A DNA stretch of 36,980 nt from a bacterium. GTDB lineage: Bacteria > Patescibacteriota > Gracilibacteria > BD1-5 > JAGOOR01. Within the stretch, counting starts at the first letter, position 1. The number at the start of each line of letters is the position of its first letter. The translations under genes were made by a program, and so were the position numbers. The stretch covers positions 1 to 36,980 of the forward strand of contig DALYDS010000002.1 in NCBI GenBank assembly GCA_031973055.1. The letters run 5' to 3'. The notes under the pieces are model-generated. The model saw only the letters and a program-made list of their open reading frames with translations. It searched no databases and was not told the origin of the DNA. This document shows positions 1 through 9,660 of the stretch, one piece after another.

Positions 1-164
1 ATACGAAGCTCATCCGTGTACTCACTCATGAATTCGGGCATGCCCTCTGACTCATGCATGTCGATGATCCTCGAGCTATTATGTACAGACTTAATCAAGA
101 CGAGAGCGAAACATTGACTGAAGCAGATATTACAGAACTTTCAAAAATTTGTCGACTCAGATAA
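1..164 (+). CDS. 3' end of a metzincin-type zinc metalloprotease (5'-truncated by the window edge)
   Basis: Frame 3 reads TKLIRVLTHEFGHAL[TGA]LMHVDDPRAIMYRLNQDESETLTEADITELSKICRLR, then TAA at 162-164. HEFGHALGLxH is the HExxHxxGxxH zinc signature and AIMY resembles a Met-turn. The invariant Gly is encoded by TGA at 48-50. Confidence 0.6.
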
Positions 165-203
165 CATTGCGCCAGGTAAATACAATCTATAATTTATTTC
201 CAG

Positions 204-1277
204 ATGAAGAAACTCCTCCTCTCCTCCTTCCTGGCAACAAGCATGTTTGCTTTTGCTTACACGCAAGTTGATATAGAAAATGCGAATTATCTCTCGGGCA
301 AAAGTATCATCAAAGCTCAATCATCTGCCACCAAATACCGTCTCGATGATACAATTACACGTGCAGAGGTAATAGGAATTGCTATGAAAATGAAATGAGA
401 AAATCTCCCCAAGGATTATACTTGCAAAAAGTATTTCACTGATGTAGTAAAAAATGATTGGATATGCAGAGCTGTGGAACTAGGAGCTAAGGCGGGTATT
501 GTCTCTCGGGAAAATGCTAGATTCCGTCCACTAGATCCTATTACAAGAGTAGAAGCATTAGCAATACTGATGAATTCTATGGGTACACGATGAGAAGAAA
601 CAGTCATTTCTCCCTTTCCATTCACCGATGTAAAAAAATGAACCTGGGAAGAAAAGTGGATATCAAGAGCTTACACTCTCAATATAATTACAGAAGCACC
701 TTGTGATTCATCTTGAGACGCAAGAACATGTTCTGGAGTATCATTTGGTCAATTTAGACCCACTAGTAATGCTACCAGGGCTGAGTTATTTGAGTTTGCA
801 AAAAATACTTATACATATGGTGTAAGTATTGGACTAGTGTGAAACCCTGAAAGCGCCTTTTTGAGTTATTCATACAGCTATACAACGGATGAAAACTATG
901 TTTACAAGAATAATAACATTGTCCCCAATATTGACCCTTCATCTTTCAGGATTAATTTAAAAGATTTCATAGAAGATAAAGATGGTGTTTATAAATATGA
1001 CGCCACTTCAAATATGGCTTATAAAGTTACATGAATTGACAAAGAAAGTATGAAAATATTAAACTACAATTATATCAAAGATGCTTACAATGTTTACCTC
1101 TGTACAAACTATGATGAAGCCTATGAATGTAGAATATTGCCAAATATAGATGTTGCCTCATTTTCCTGCTATGATCTAGAAAAGTACGGAAATCTTTGCA
1201 AAGATAATTATCATCAATATGACCTGGCCGGAAAAGAACAAAATATCGATTCTGAGATTTGGCCAAATAACCTATAA
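204..1277 (+). CDS. Secreted SLH-domain surface protein with a DKNYY-like C-terminal region
   Basis: Track ORFs 204..398 and 1050..1277 share one frame. The interval between them has no TAA/TAG, only in-frame TGA at 396, 591, 639, 714, 840 and 1032. The N-terminus is a signal peptide (MKKLLLSSFLATSMFAFA). Three SLH-like repeats are present (ITRAEVIGIAMKM; FTDVVKNDWICRAVE...FRPLDPITRVEALAIL; FRPTSNATRAELFEFAKN). The C-terminus has D-K-N/D-x-Y-Y-like repeats. Confidence 0.7.
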
Positions 1278-1286
1278 TTTACTCAT

Positions 1287-1961
1287 ATGAAAAAACTCTT
1301 CTTCTCTTCCCTCGTTGTTACTAGTGTTCTCGCTTTCGCTTATACACAAGTAGATGTCGATAACGCGACCTACCTTGCTGGTAAAGGAATTATTACCACC
1401 CAATCAGCGACAACTAGTTACCGTCTTGATGATACCATTACACGTGCTGAAGTAGCTGGCATAGCTCTCAAATTGAAGTGAATAGATTTGCCAGAAAATT
1501 ATCAATGTAGGAAATACTTCTCCGATGTCACAAAAAATGATTGGATATGTCGAGCCGTCGAGATCGCTGCTGATGCAAGATTTATTTCTCGGACCAATAC
1601 AACATTTCGACCACAGGACAAGATTACAAGAGCAGAGGCATTGGCAATTATAGAAAAGGCAGGTGGATTAGAAAAAATCACCTATATTCCTGGGGTAACT
1701 GATATGCGTGGTTCAATTGCTTTCGAAAAAGCAGTAGAAATAGCTTGGCAACGTGATGTATTTTGGACGTATATTAATAAATCTTACCAATATACTCAGG
1801 AGTGAGGCGAAAATTTTGAAGATGATATTAGCTATAATCCAAATAACTCTGCTTCGAGAGCTGAAGTATTTAGATTTACGAAAAATATCATGGAAATCAG
1901 AACAACAATGTCTGGTGAAATCACGATAACTTCGCAAGATCGAGCAGCAATCGAAAAATAA
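1287..1961 (+). CDS. Secreted SLH-domain protein, paralog of 204..1277
   Basis: Track ORFs 1287..1481 and 1488..1805 plus a tail to TAA at 1959-1961 lie in one frame, joined by TGA at 1479 and 1803. The N-terminal ~110 aa align with the upstream gene (AYTQVD..N..YL.GK.II..QS..T.YRLDDTITRAEV.GIA.K.K[TGA]..LP..Y.C.KYF.DV.KNDWICRAVE). The first TGA sits at the same aligned position in both paralogs. Confidence 0.7.
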
Positions 1962-1983
1962 TTTTATTTCTTTATTTTCTTCT

Positions 1984-2571
1984 ATGAAAAAAACCCTTTT
2001 TATTATCCTCGCGATAATCGTCGTCGGTGCTCTCTGGGCTGTCGGACAATATAACTCACTGGTCTCTGGTCGTGCTGGAGTTGATCGTGCATGGAGTGAT
2101 GTAGAGGTGGTTTATCAGCGTCGTGCAGATCTCGTACCTCAGCTCGTCGCAACAGTCGAAGGCGCAGCCAACTTTGAGAAAAAAACACTTACTGATGTAG
2201 TCGAAGCTCGTGCCAAAGCAACACAGGTCAAAGTCGATCCTACAAATGCTAATAGCATGGCACAATTTACGACATCACAAGGAGAACTCACAGGAGCACT
2301 GTCTCGTCTTCTCGTAACAGTAGAAGCCTATCCGACTCTTACAGCCACTCAAGGCTTCCGCGACCTCCAATCACAGCTCGAGGGATCAGAGAACCGCATC
2401 GCTAATGTCCGGTCTGACTATAATGGCGTGGCAAATACCTGGAACGTGACCGTTTCTCGCTTCCCAACAGTATTTATCGCTCGTCTCCTTGGTTTCGACA
2501 AGGCAGCTCTCTTCGATGCTCAACCTGGCTCAGAGAATGCTCCAAAAGTAGAGTTTAATTTGGACAAATAA
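1984..2571 (+). CDS. lemA: LemA family membrane protein
   Basis: An intact 195-aa ORF with an N-terminal TM helix followed by YNSLV...V..AWSDVEVVYQRRADLVPQLV..V....NFEKKTL..V..AR, which is typical of LemA. A TPM-domain gene follows, the usual LemA-TPM pairing. Confidence 0.85.
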   Translation: MKKTLFIILAIIVVGALWAVGQYNSLVSGRAGVDRAWSDVEVVYQRRADLVPQLVATVEGAANFEKKTLTDVVEARAKATQVKVDPTNANSMAQFTTSQGELTGALSRLLVTVEAYPTLTATQGFRDLQSQLEGSENRIANVRSDYNGVANTWNVTVSRFPTVFIARLLGFDKAALFDAQPGSENAPKVEFNLDK

Positions 2572-2600
2572 ACCTTCTAGCAAGAAAATAGAAATGGGTT

Positions 2601-2711
2601 TTTAGGGGCGAAACTGTCTGAGCGTCACGAAAACAGAAAAACAATTGCGGAATTGGAGAGCGAGTTTTTTGCCCCTAAATTGTTTTGGATACTTTTGCAA
2701 TCAAAAGTATC
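2601..2711. other. Structured intergenic element: a long-range inverted repeat plus a perfect 10-bp hairpin
   Basis: TTTAGGGGC (2601-2609) is complementary to GCCCCTAAA (2671-2679). GATACTTTTG-caat-CAAAAGTATC forms a perfect hairpin at 2688-2711. Neither is followed by a T-run. A local GC-rich CCGC-ctcc-GCGG mini-hairpin follows at about 2740-2751. Confidence 0.35.
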
Positions 2712-2774
2712 AAACGAATCAGCTAACTGGGCTTGATACCCGCCTCCGCGGTAATGACGAACAAGAAATCATTT

Positions 2775-3644
2775 ATGAAAAAAATCTTCCTCTTTGCTCT
2801 CTGCTCTCTGCTTTTTTCTTTCAAGGGAAGTTTTGCTGAATTCATAGTTCCCCCTCTCCCCTCTACTCCTGTCTATGATGAAGTTGTGCTTTTAAAGTCT
2901 GAAGAAAAAACAGCCCTCGAACAACAAATCCTCACACTCGAAAAAGAAACCAATCATCAAATTGGTATAGCAATTATCAAGAGCCTCCAAGGCCGAACGG
3001 TTGAAGAAGCCTGACTCGCAATCTTGAGAGGATGGTGAATCGGTCAAAAATGACTCGATAATGGCCTACTCATACTCCTCATGCCTGTCGGTTGAGTATG
3101 AGAAAGAGAGATGAGAATAGAGGTCTGAAAAGGGCTTGAGGGAGTGATAACAGACCTCATGTCCCGGAGAATTATCGATGAGAATTTCACCCCTCATTTC
3201 ATAGAAGGAAAGTATGGTGATGGTCTCGTTGAAGGCATCAATCGTATGGCGCCGCTTCTCAGGGGTGAAGTCGTCACTCTCCCAGAAAATAAAGTCTCTA
3301 ATATTGATGATATACAAGGTATTTTGATGATAGTTGCTGTCTTTGGATGGTGACTCTTGAGCGTCCTCTCTGCATCGAAATCATGGTGGCTAGGAGGAGT
3401 TTTCTGAGCAATAATCGGATTTTTTGTGATGTGAACAATAGGAGTTTTTTTAATTGGGATTTTCGGGCTCATTCTCGATTTTTTTCTTTCAAAATATGCT
3501 TACGGGAGAATCCCCTTTCTCAGAAGCATGGGTAATAACCGTTGGTGAGGGGGTGGATGATTCGGGTGAGGCGGCTCTAGTGGTGGCTGGGGTGGTTTCT
3601 GATGAGGAAGTGGCTGGGGTGGATGATCGAGTGGTAAATGGTAA
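2775..3644 (+). CDS. TPM-domain (YgcG-like) membrane protein with a Gly-rich C-terminal tail
   Basis: Track ORFs 2733..3014 and 3144..3353 plus short pieces share one frame through to TAA at 3642-3644. It carries 16 in-frame TGA. The protein has a signal peptide (MKKIFLFALCSLLFSF), then LEQQILTLEKETNHQIGIAIIKSLQG..VEEA[G]LAILRGW[G]IGQK[G]LDNGLLILLMPVG..REMRIEV[G]KGLEGVITD, two TM helices, and the tail W[G]GGG[G]FG[G]GGSSGGWGGF[G][G]GSGWGG[G]SSGKW. An alternative start is possible at 2754 or 2733. Confidence 0.85.
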
Positions 3645-3679
3645 ATTAGATATTTAGGATTTACCACTATAATTTCTCT

Positions 3680-4084
3680 ATGAAAAAAATAATACCCTAC
3701 GCAAGTATTTTGACAGTATTTTCTCCTGTTACTTTTGCAGATTGGAAAATCATAAATTGTCCAAATGGTAACTGTCTCAGAGCATGAGTGGATGCAATAA
3801 AACAGTACATAGCCAATGCCGGTCTCATAGCTGATAAGCCTCTCTCGATAGCAATACAAGATATTATTCAATATTTCCTCTCATTTTTGAGTTTGATTGC
3901 TGTTATCTACATCATGTGGGCAGGCGCGCAGATGCTGCTTTTTCCAGCAAATGAAAACTCCAGTGAAAAAACCAAAAAAATTATTATATCAGTCATTGTC
4001 GGATTAACCCTTATCTGGTTTGCATGGTGGATAGTGAATTCACTCTTTTTTGTTCTCGGAGGGTCATGAGTGTCTACAAATTAG
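3680..4084 (+). CDS. Small two-TM pilin-like membrane protein (TrbC/VirB2-like architecture)
   Basis: ATG at 3680, one TGA at 3785-3787, a second at 4067-4069, and TAG at 4082-4084. It has a signal peptide, a Cys pair (NCPNGNC), TM1 (FLSFLSLIAVIYIMWAGAQML), a short polar loop (PANENSSEKTKK) and TM2 (IIISVIVGLTLIWFAWWIV). This layout matches the pilin-like small proteins common in CPR and Gram-positive conjugative elements. TATAAT at 3668-3673 lies only 6 nt from the ATG, so the mRNA may be leaderless. Confidence 0.55.
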
Positions 4085-4560
4085 TATTTGATAATTAGTA
4101 ATCATATTTGTCAATACTCTTCCCTATACAAAGAGTGCGTCAGAACTTTGAATTCTCATGAACAATCTGGTACGATGGTCGTATATAACTCATGAAAAAG
4201 GCAATTCTCATCATATTTCTCTCGCTCACAGCATTCGTTTGTTTCGATGCCTTAGCCCAAAACTGGTCATTTAGCTGTAGCGGAAACAATTGTTTCAAGG
4301 CAGGCGTAGATTACGCTGGGAACACTATTGGTAAGAGTTCTGGTATTATCACTGGTAAGTGAATTGCAGAAGCTGTACAGGACGTTATCATCTATTTTTT
4401 GGGATTTCTCGCACTTATCTCTGTTATCTACATCATGTGGGCAGGTGCACAGATGCTCCTCTTCCCATCTGATGAGGAATCAAGCGAAAAAACCAAAAAA
4501 ATTATTATATCAGTCATTGTCGGACTTTTTGTGATATTCTTCGCATGGTGGATAGTGAAT
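3901..4560 (+). repeat. Direct duplication of the pilin-like module (3901-4039 versus 4422-4560)
   Basis: The two copies align without gaps at an offset of 521 nt. I counted 24 mismatches in 139 nt (about 83% identity). One 39-nt run is identical: 3965-4003 equals 4486-4524 (gaaaaaaccaaaaaaattattatatcagtcattgtcgga). Confidence 0.85.
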
Positions 4561-7500
4561 TTCATATTCAAAATACTCAATAATAAAGCGGCTCTCTCAG
4601 ATACGTGGATACCCCGAGCAGTAGCAGAGACACAAATTCGTGAAGTAGATTTCACGACCTACAGTAATCGCATACAGGCACTCAAGACAAAACTCTCCAC
4701 GTACAGCCCAGACATTACTCGCGAACTCTCTATCCTCGTCGATGGCGCATTTGATCACCTCCCTGACAGAGGTGATATGTACGTCAATCAGCAATACTAT
4801 GATAAAGTAAAGGCACAGATAACAAACTACGATCTCCATCACGACAGTATCGATCTCGGGACGCTCAACAATGCTCTCGATAAATTCTTACAACAGAGTA
4901 AAACATTTACGATTGAAGGACAAGTATCAGCAGCGCCTCGTACAGGTGACGCACCTCTCTCTGTAACATTGGAAGCAAAAGGCATGAAAGACGGAAGTGG
5001 TACACTCATACCAGACACAAACTATATATGGTGGGTACGGGTACCTGAAGGATCCAAAATTATTGGACGAGGGAAAACTATCAACTATATATTTCAGGAT
5101 GAGGGAACCTACACCGTCAATCTGACAGTAAACTCTGCGAGTAAAAATAGCAAAGGATTCCGTGATGTTATCAACTTCGAAGACAGTGTCACAATAGAAG
5201 TAGGACAACCAAAAGTAAAATTTGTGGTCTTTTTCAATGATCAACTCGCTACTGATAATGTGAAATTGTCATCACGAGAATCAGAACAAAAGGTTATCAT
5301 CGATGCCTCTCATACCAAATTTTCTTCTGGCTATACTATCAAAAAAACAGAATGGGACTTCGGTAATGGTAAAACAGATACTGTCGATGGAGCTCCTCTC
5401 ATCAAAACACAAGACTACAAAGAAGGAGAATACATCGTGAAATTAAAACTGACACGAAACGATGATGAAGTATTTACCAAAAATATTATTCTCAAAGTGG
5501 GTGATCCTATTGCCTCAATTTTTGCGAGCAAGCTCCAGCCAGACAAGGGTGAAAAGGTGACTTTTCAAGCTAAGAAGGTAAGCCAGGATGGTGTATCATA
5601 CGCTTGGGAAATCAGAAAAATAGGCTCAAATAGCCTCCTCGCCACAGCAACCGGTCCACGCATGGAATATGCATTCCTCGATGTAGGACGTTATTCTGTT
5701 GATCTCATATCTTCGAAGAGGGATATACGCGACAAAGAAAGCATAGAAATCCTCATCGATTCTCAGGTGCCAGTCGTACGATTCGATGCACAAGTCGAGA
5801 GTTCTGAGACTCCAAATATCTATCTATTCGATGGAACAGCCAGCTACGATCCTGACTATCCTGATGATCAGACTATGAAATATGAGTGGTTCATCAATGA
5901 CAAGCCTGTTCAATTAGTCGACACCAACTCGAGCAATAGTCGTGGAAATTATATTTTCCCAGAAAAAGGCACATACCAAATCGAGCTTCATGTCACTGAT
6001 AAAGAAGGTAAACAATGAATATTTAAGAAGACAATCAGTATCAAAAATCTCCTCTCTATTCAACTCAATATACGACCTCAGGTCGTCAAGCGTGGTGAAC
6101 GTGTACTCCTCTCTGCGACAGCACCAAATGCCGAAACATTTGAATGGAATATAGCAGGTAAGGAACAGGTCATACAAGAAACTGGTAAACTCATCACCTC
6201 GTTCGATAAATCAGGGACCTACCCAATGACCATAAAAGTAACAGATACAAATGGCGACACAAACATGCTCAAACGCAAAATCTATGTCGTTAATGGTGAA
6301 GAACCATTTGCCATCATGAATGTCACATCCAAGAGTCTCCTCTCAGGATACGAGCAAAATGCTTGTGAAGGACAAGAAGCACTCATTGCTGATCGTGTCT
6401 CTCCGGTCTCATTTGTGGGAGATAAGAGCGTCAACGCTGGTGGCAAAACGAGTGATCTCACGTATTTCTGGAAAGTAGGCCTCAATAAAACCTCTACTCA
6501 GAAAAATCTCAGCCATACATTTGATGAGCTCGGATGTGAAAAAGTCACCCTCATGGTCTCAGATAAAAAAACTGGTGTGACACATACAACAGAAGAATGG
6601 ATAAAGGTCGTCAACGTACCTCCGAGATTTTCTGATATAGAAGTGTCTGTAGAAAATATAGATATGGACCCGATGAAGGTCAATCTCCGTATCCAGGGCG
6701 CAAAAGACCCTGATGGAGTTATCCGTTCTTATACATGGTATTATGCCACTAATCCAGATGGGGACGAACCTCTCGGATTTAGGATTACCACAAAACCAGA
6801 GACAAGTTTGGTATTACAAAAACTCACAGGACGATATTACTTTTTCGTCATCATGGAGGATTCCAATGGTATGAGAGTGGATACTCGGAGCTCTTCTGAG
6901 ATGAGATTCTCAACTCCAGACCTCCTCATCAACCAAAATCTCGCGATGCCAGTGATAGATTTCCGTGTGAGTAGCAACGAAGTAGCATATGGTGACGAAG
7001 TAACATTTGACGTGACAGTCGAAGACGTCTTCAAGAAAAACATAGCTGACGCTTCTGAGTTTCGTTGGGATGTCGATGGAGATGGATTCTATGATATCAA
7101 GACAACACAGCCAACATTTAAATACAAATATACCACTCCTGGAGAATACCATCCAAAAGTAAAAGTCACTCATCGAGGACTCTCGACAACCAAATCACTC
7201 AATATCAAAGTCGTCAATCGGCTCATACCTCAGATTGATCTCCAGATTATCTGAGAAAAAATCATAGCCTACAATACATCAACTGGTATATTTGAGAGTG
7301 TTGCATGGTTTGCTGATGATAAAAAAATCTCAGAAAATAAAGAATATCTCTACTACGATGCATCTGGTGGGACATTCCCAAAAACTCTCAAGATACAGAT
7401 ATCAGACGGTAAAAAAACAGAAGAAAAAATATTTAATATTGCAAAAAATACTCAGAACAAAGCTATCGTCGAACAAATAAAAAATCAACTCGTCGTCCTC

Positions 7501-9651
7501 ACAAATTCAGATGGCACCATTACAGAGGCATCCGATAATATCGTATGGACTGATGGAACAAAACCGCTCTTTATCTATCTCGGAGAATCTCAGGGCGATA
7601 TCAAATACTATATTATCGACACCGATGTCGACATAGACACTGATTTATCAGGGGGCAAGGATGACGATGCTGACAATAAATGAACAGCATCATACAGAAT
7701 AGGTAGACCATTTCAGGTACCAGCTGGGACACAGAGAGTGACAATTATGAAGATACGACTCCTCGGTGCCGATGGTGAAGAAATAGGGAAGTCTCGACAG
7801 ATGCGTGTCACTCGTGATTTCATAGCTCCTATCGAGATAGTACCTGTCGTGACTGATGATAAAACACCAAAAAAATACAATCTCACGGTCGAAGACAAAG
7901 CACGACTTGAGAAACTCAACGCTCTCGTCAAAACAATACCAGAAACAGAGAGAAAATTATTTACGAAGTATATAGATCAGCTCGGTGATATCTGGTATGA
8001 TAGAGCTGACAGAGCAGAGACACTCCTCCAATTCTCACAAGCACTCCAAGCAAACAAAAATATATCTCCTGATCTCAAAGAACGTCTCGAGACAGCTATA
8101 GAACTCGTCTATACACAAGGAGAACAAGACGTAGAACAAAAAATTCTCGCTCGAAAAATCATAGCCGATTTCCTCGCTAACAGCCCATTCAAAAAGCAGA
8201 TATTTGGAGACGGTAACAAGGTAGGAGCACTCGATGAAATCATCGATAATCCAGAATACTATGACAAAAATAAATCTCTCATTACCAAGATTTACGATGA
8301 GTATGTCTTCACTGATGCAAATATTTCTGAAGAAGGCAAAAAGGCAATCAAGGCAAATCTAGAAATCCTCATTGGTTCCGCACCTGATCCAACGACAAAA
8401 GACCCAACCAATCCAGACAATCCACCTGTTGATAATAATCCTGCAACATCGGTAAATTACATGGAATATGTTGATAAATATGGTCTCCTCGCTGGTGGTA
8501 TACTAGCTATTATTATAGGACTCTTGGTAGTATTGAGCTTATTCCGATGACGCTCAAGAGGCTCAGATTCATGAATTCCTGATTTTCCAAATGAACATAA
8601 TGAAAGCCCTGCTGAGCCTCAACACGGTCCAGGCTGGCTCCATGACGATCACGATACAGGAGTACACCAAGACGATTCCGCAACTACCTCAAGTGATGCA
8701 CCTGACTGGCTCAAAGAAGCCGGGTCACCATTTGGAGAAGAAGATGTATTAGCAAAAGAGTCTTCGATTTCTGATAAAAAAAGCGAAACCGTAGTAACCC
8801 CCACACCTACCACAACAAATAAAACCACTTCAGATATCCCTGATTGGCTCAATGATTCCCACGATGAGAAAACAACAACACCAGTACCAACACAAACTCA
8901 AACAAAAGAGACTCCAGCTCCAGTAACAACATCACAAAACGATATTCCTGACTGGCTCCATGAAGATAATAGCACACCAGCTCCTGCCGCAAATACCAAT
9001 CCTCAGAACTCTCCTGAACCAGCTCTTGCTACAGAAACACCAACATCAAATACAACAAAAGAAGATCTCCCAGACTGGCTCGCCGGAGCACATGAAGAAG
9101 AAACAAAAATGCCAGAACCAGTGGCAACGATAGAACAAACTCCAGAAACAACGTCAGTGAGTTCCCCTGAACCAACAGTGAATGAGATTTTTACACCTGA
9201 AACAAATACAACAGGACTCGCTCCAACAACAGCCACTCCAGTCTCTCTCGATCATGATGATATACCAGATTGGTTGCGAGGAGCAGAAGAAGCAACAGAG
9301 TCAACCGTAGAGGCTTGAAAGAGTGAAGACAAGAACGATAATGTTGTTATTCCTCCTGTGGATACATGACTCGCTACTCCCGATGACGTTCCAGAAAGTC
9401 CTCTCACAGAAAAGTCAGACGACATTCAGACAGGGACAATACCAAAAACGTCAAAAGGAAAATGGAAAAGTGATACTCACTGGAAAAAAGACACAGAAAA
9501 AGCTCCCACCACTAAAAAAACAAAAACCATGAAAGATAAAAAGGAAACAAAAAAAGTAGCACCCGGGCTTCTCTGACCAGCCGAACATATCATAGGTCCA
9601 ACACATGACACATTGCTATCAGAATGACAAAATACTTCAAAATCTGAATAA
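4192..9651 (+). CDS. Giant (1,819 aa) surface protein: N-terminal pilin-like two-TM module, PKD-repeat ectodomain, third TM helix, PDWL-repeat tail
   Basis: Track ORFs 4399..6018, 6226..7254, 7738..8550 and 9109..9318 are all in frame 1. I checked codon by codon that the gaps contain only TGA (4360, 6016, 7252, 7681, 8548, 8572, 9316, 9367, 9574, 9625) and no TAA/TAG. The stop is TAA at 9649-9651. The N-terminus has a signal peptide, a SFSCSGNNC Cys pair and the same two-TM module as 3680..4084. Several PKD-like units follow (WDFGNGKTD...GEYIVKLKL; YEWFINDKPV...GTYQIELHVTDKEG; FRWDVDGDGFYD...GEYHPKVKV). A TM helix YGLLAGGILAIIIGLLVVLSLF lies at about 8476-8541, followed by basic residues. Confidence 0.75.
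8629..9276 (+). repeat. Six copies of a (D/E)-(I/L)-P-D-W-L peptide repeat in the C-terminal tail of the giant protein
   Basis: The copies are PGWL 8629-8640, APDWL 8698-8712, DIPDWL 8833-8850, DIPDWL 8941-8958, DLPDWL 9064-9081 and DIPDWL 9259-9276. Thr/Pro/Glu-rich spacers of about 30-60 codons separate them. Each copy is followed by acidic or His residues (HDDHD, KEAG, NDSHDE, HEDN, AGAHEE, RGAEE). Confidence 0.8.
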
Positions 9652-9660
9652 TTACTCCTC

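Noticed and set aside
2645-2839. Track ORF 2645..2839 (..LDTRLRGNDEQEIIYEK..) spans the lemA-TPM spacer.
   Set aside because: It crosses a hairpin-rich spacer and overlaps the well-supported TPM signal peptide in another frame. Its sequence looks like the translation of a repeat or structured element.
3680-9651. The locus could be a conjugative or type IV secretion mobile element, because of the VirB2/TrbC-like modules.
   Set aside because: The window contains no VirB4 or VirD4 ATPase, relaxase, integrase or flanking repeats. The neighbours are housekeeping genes (lemA, clpB). I therefore did not call a mobile element.
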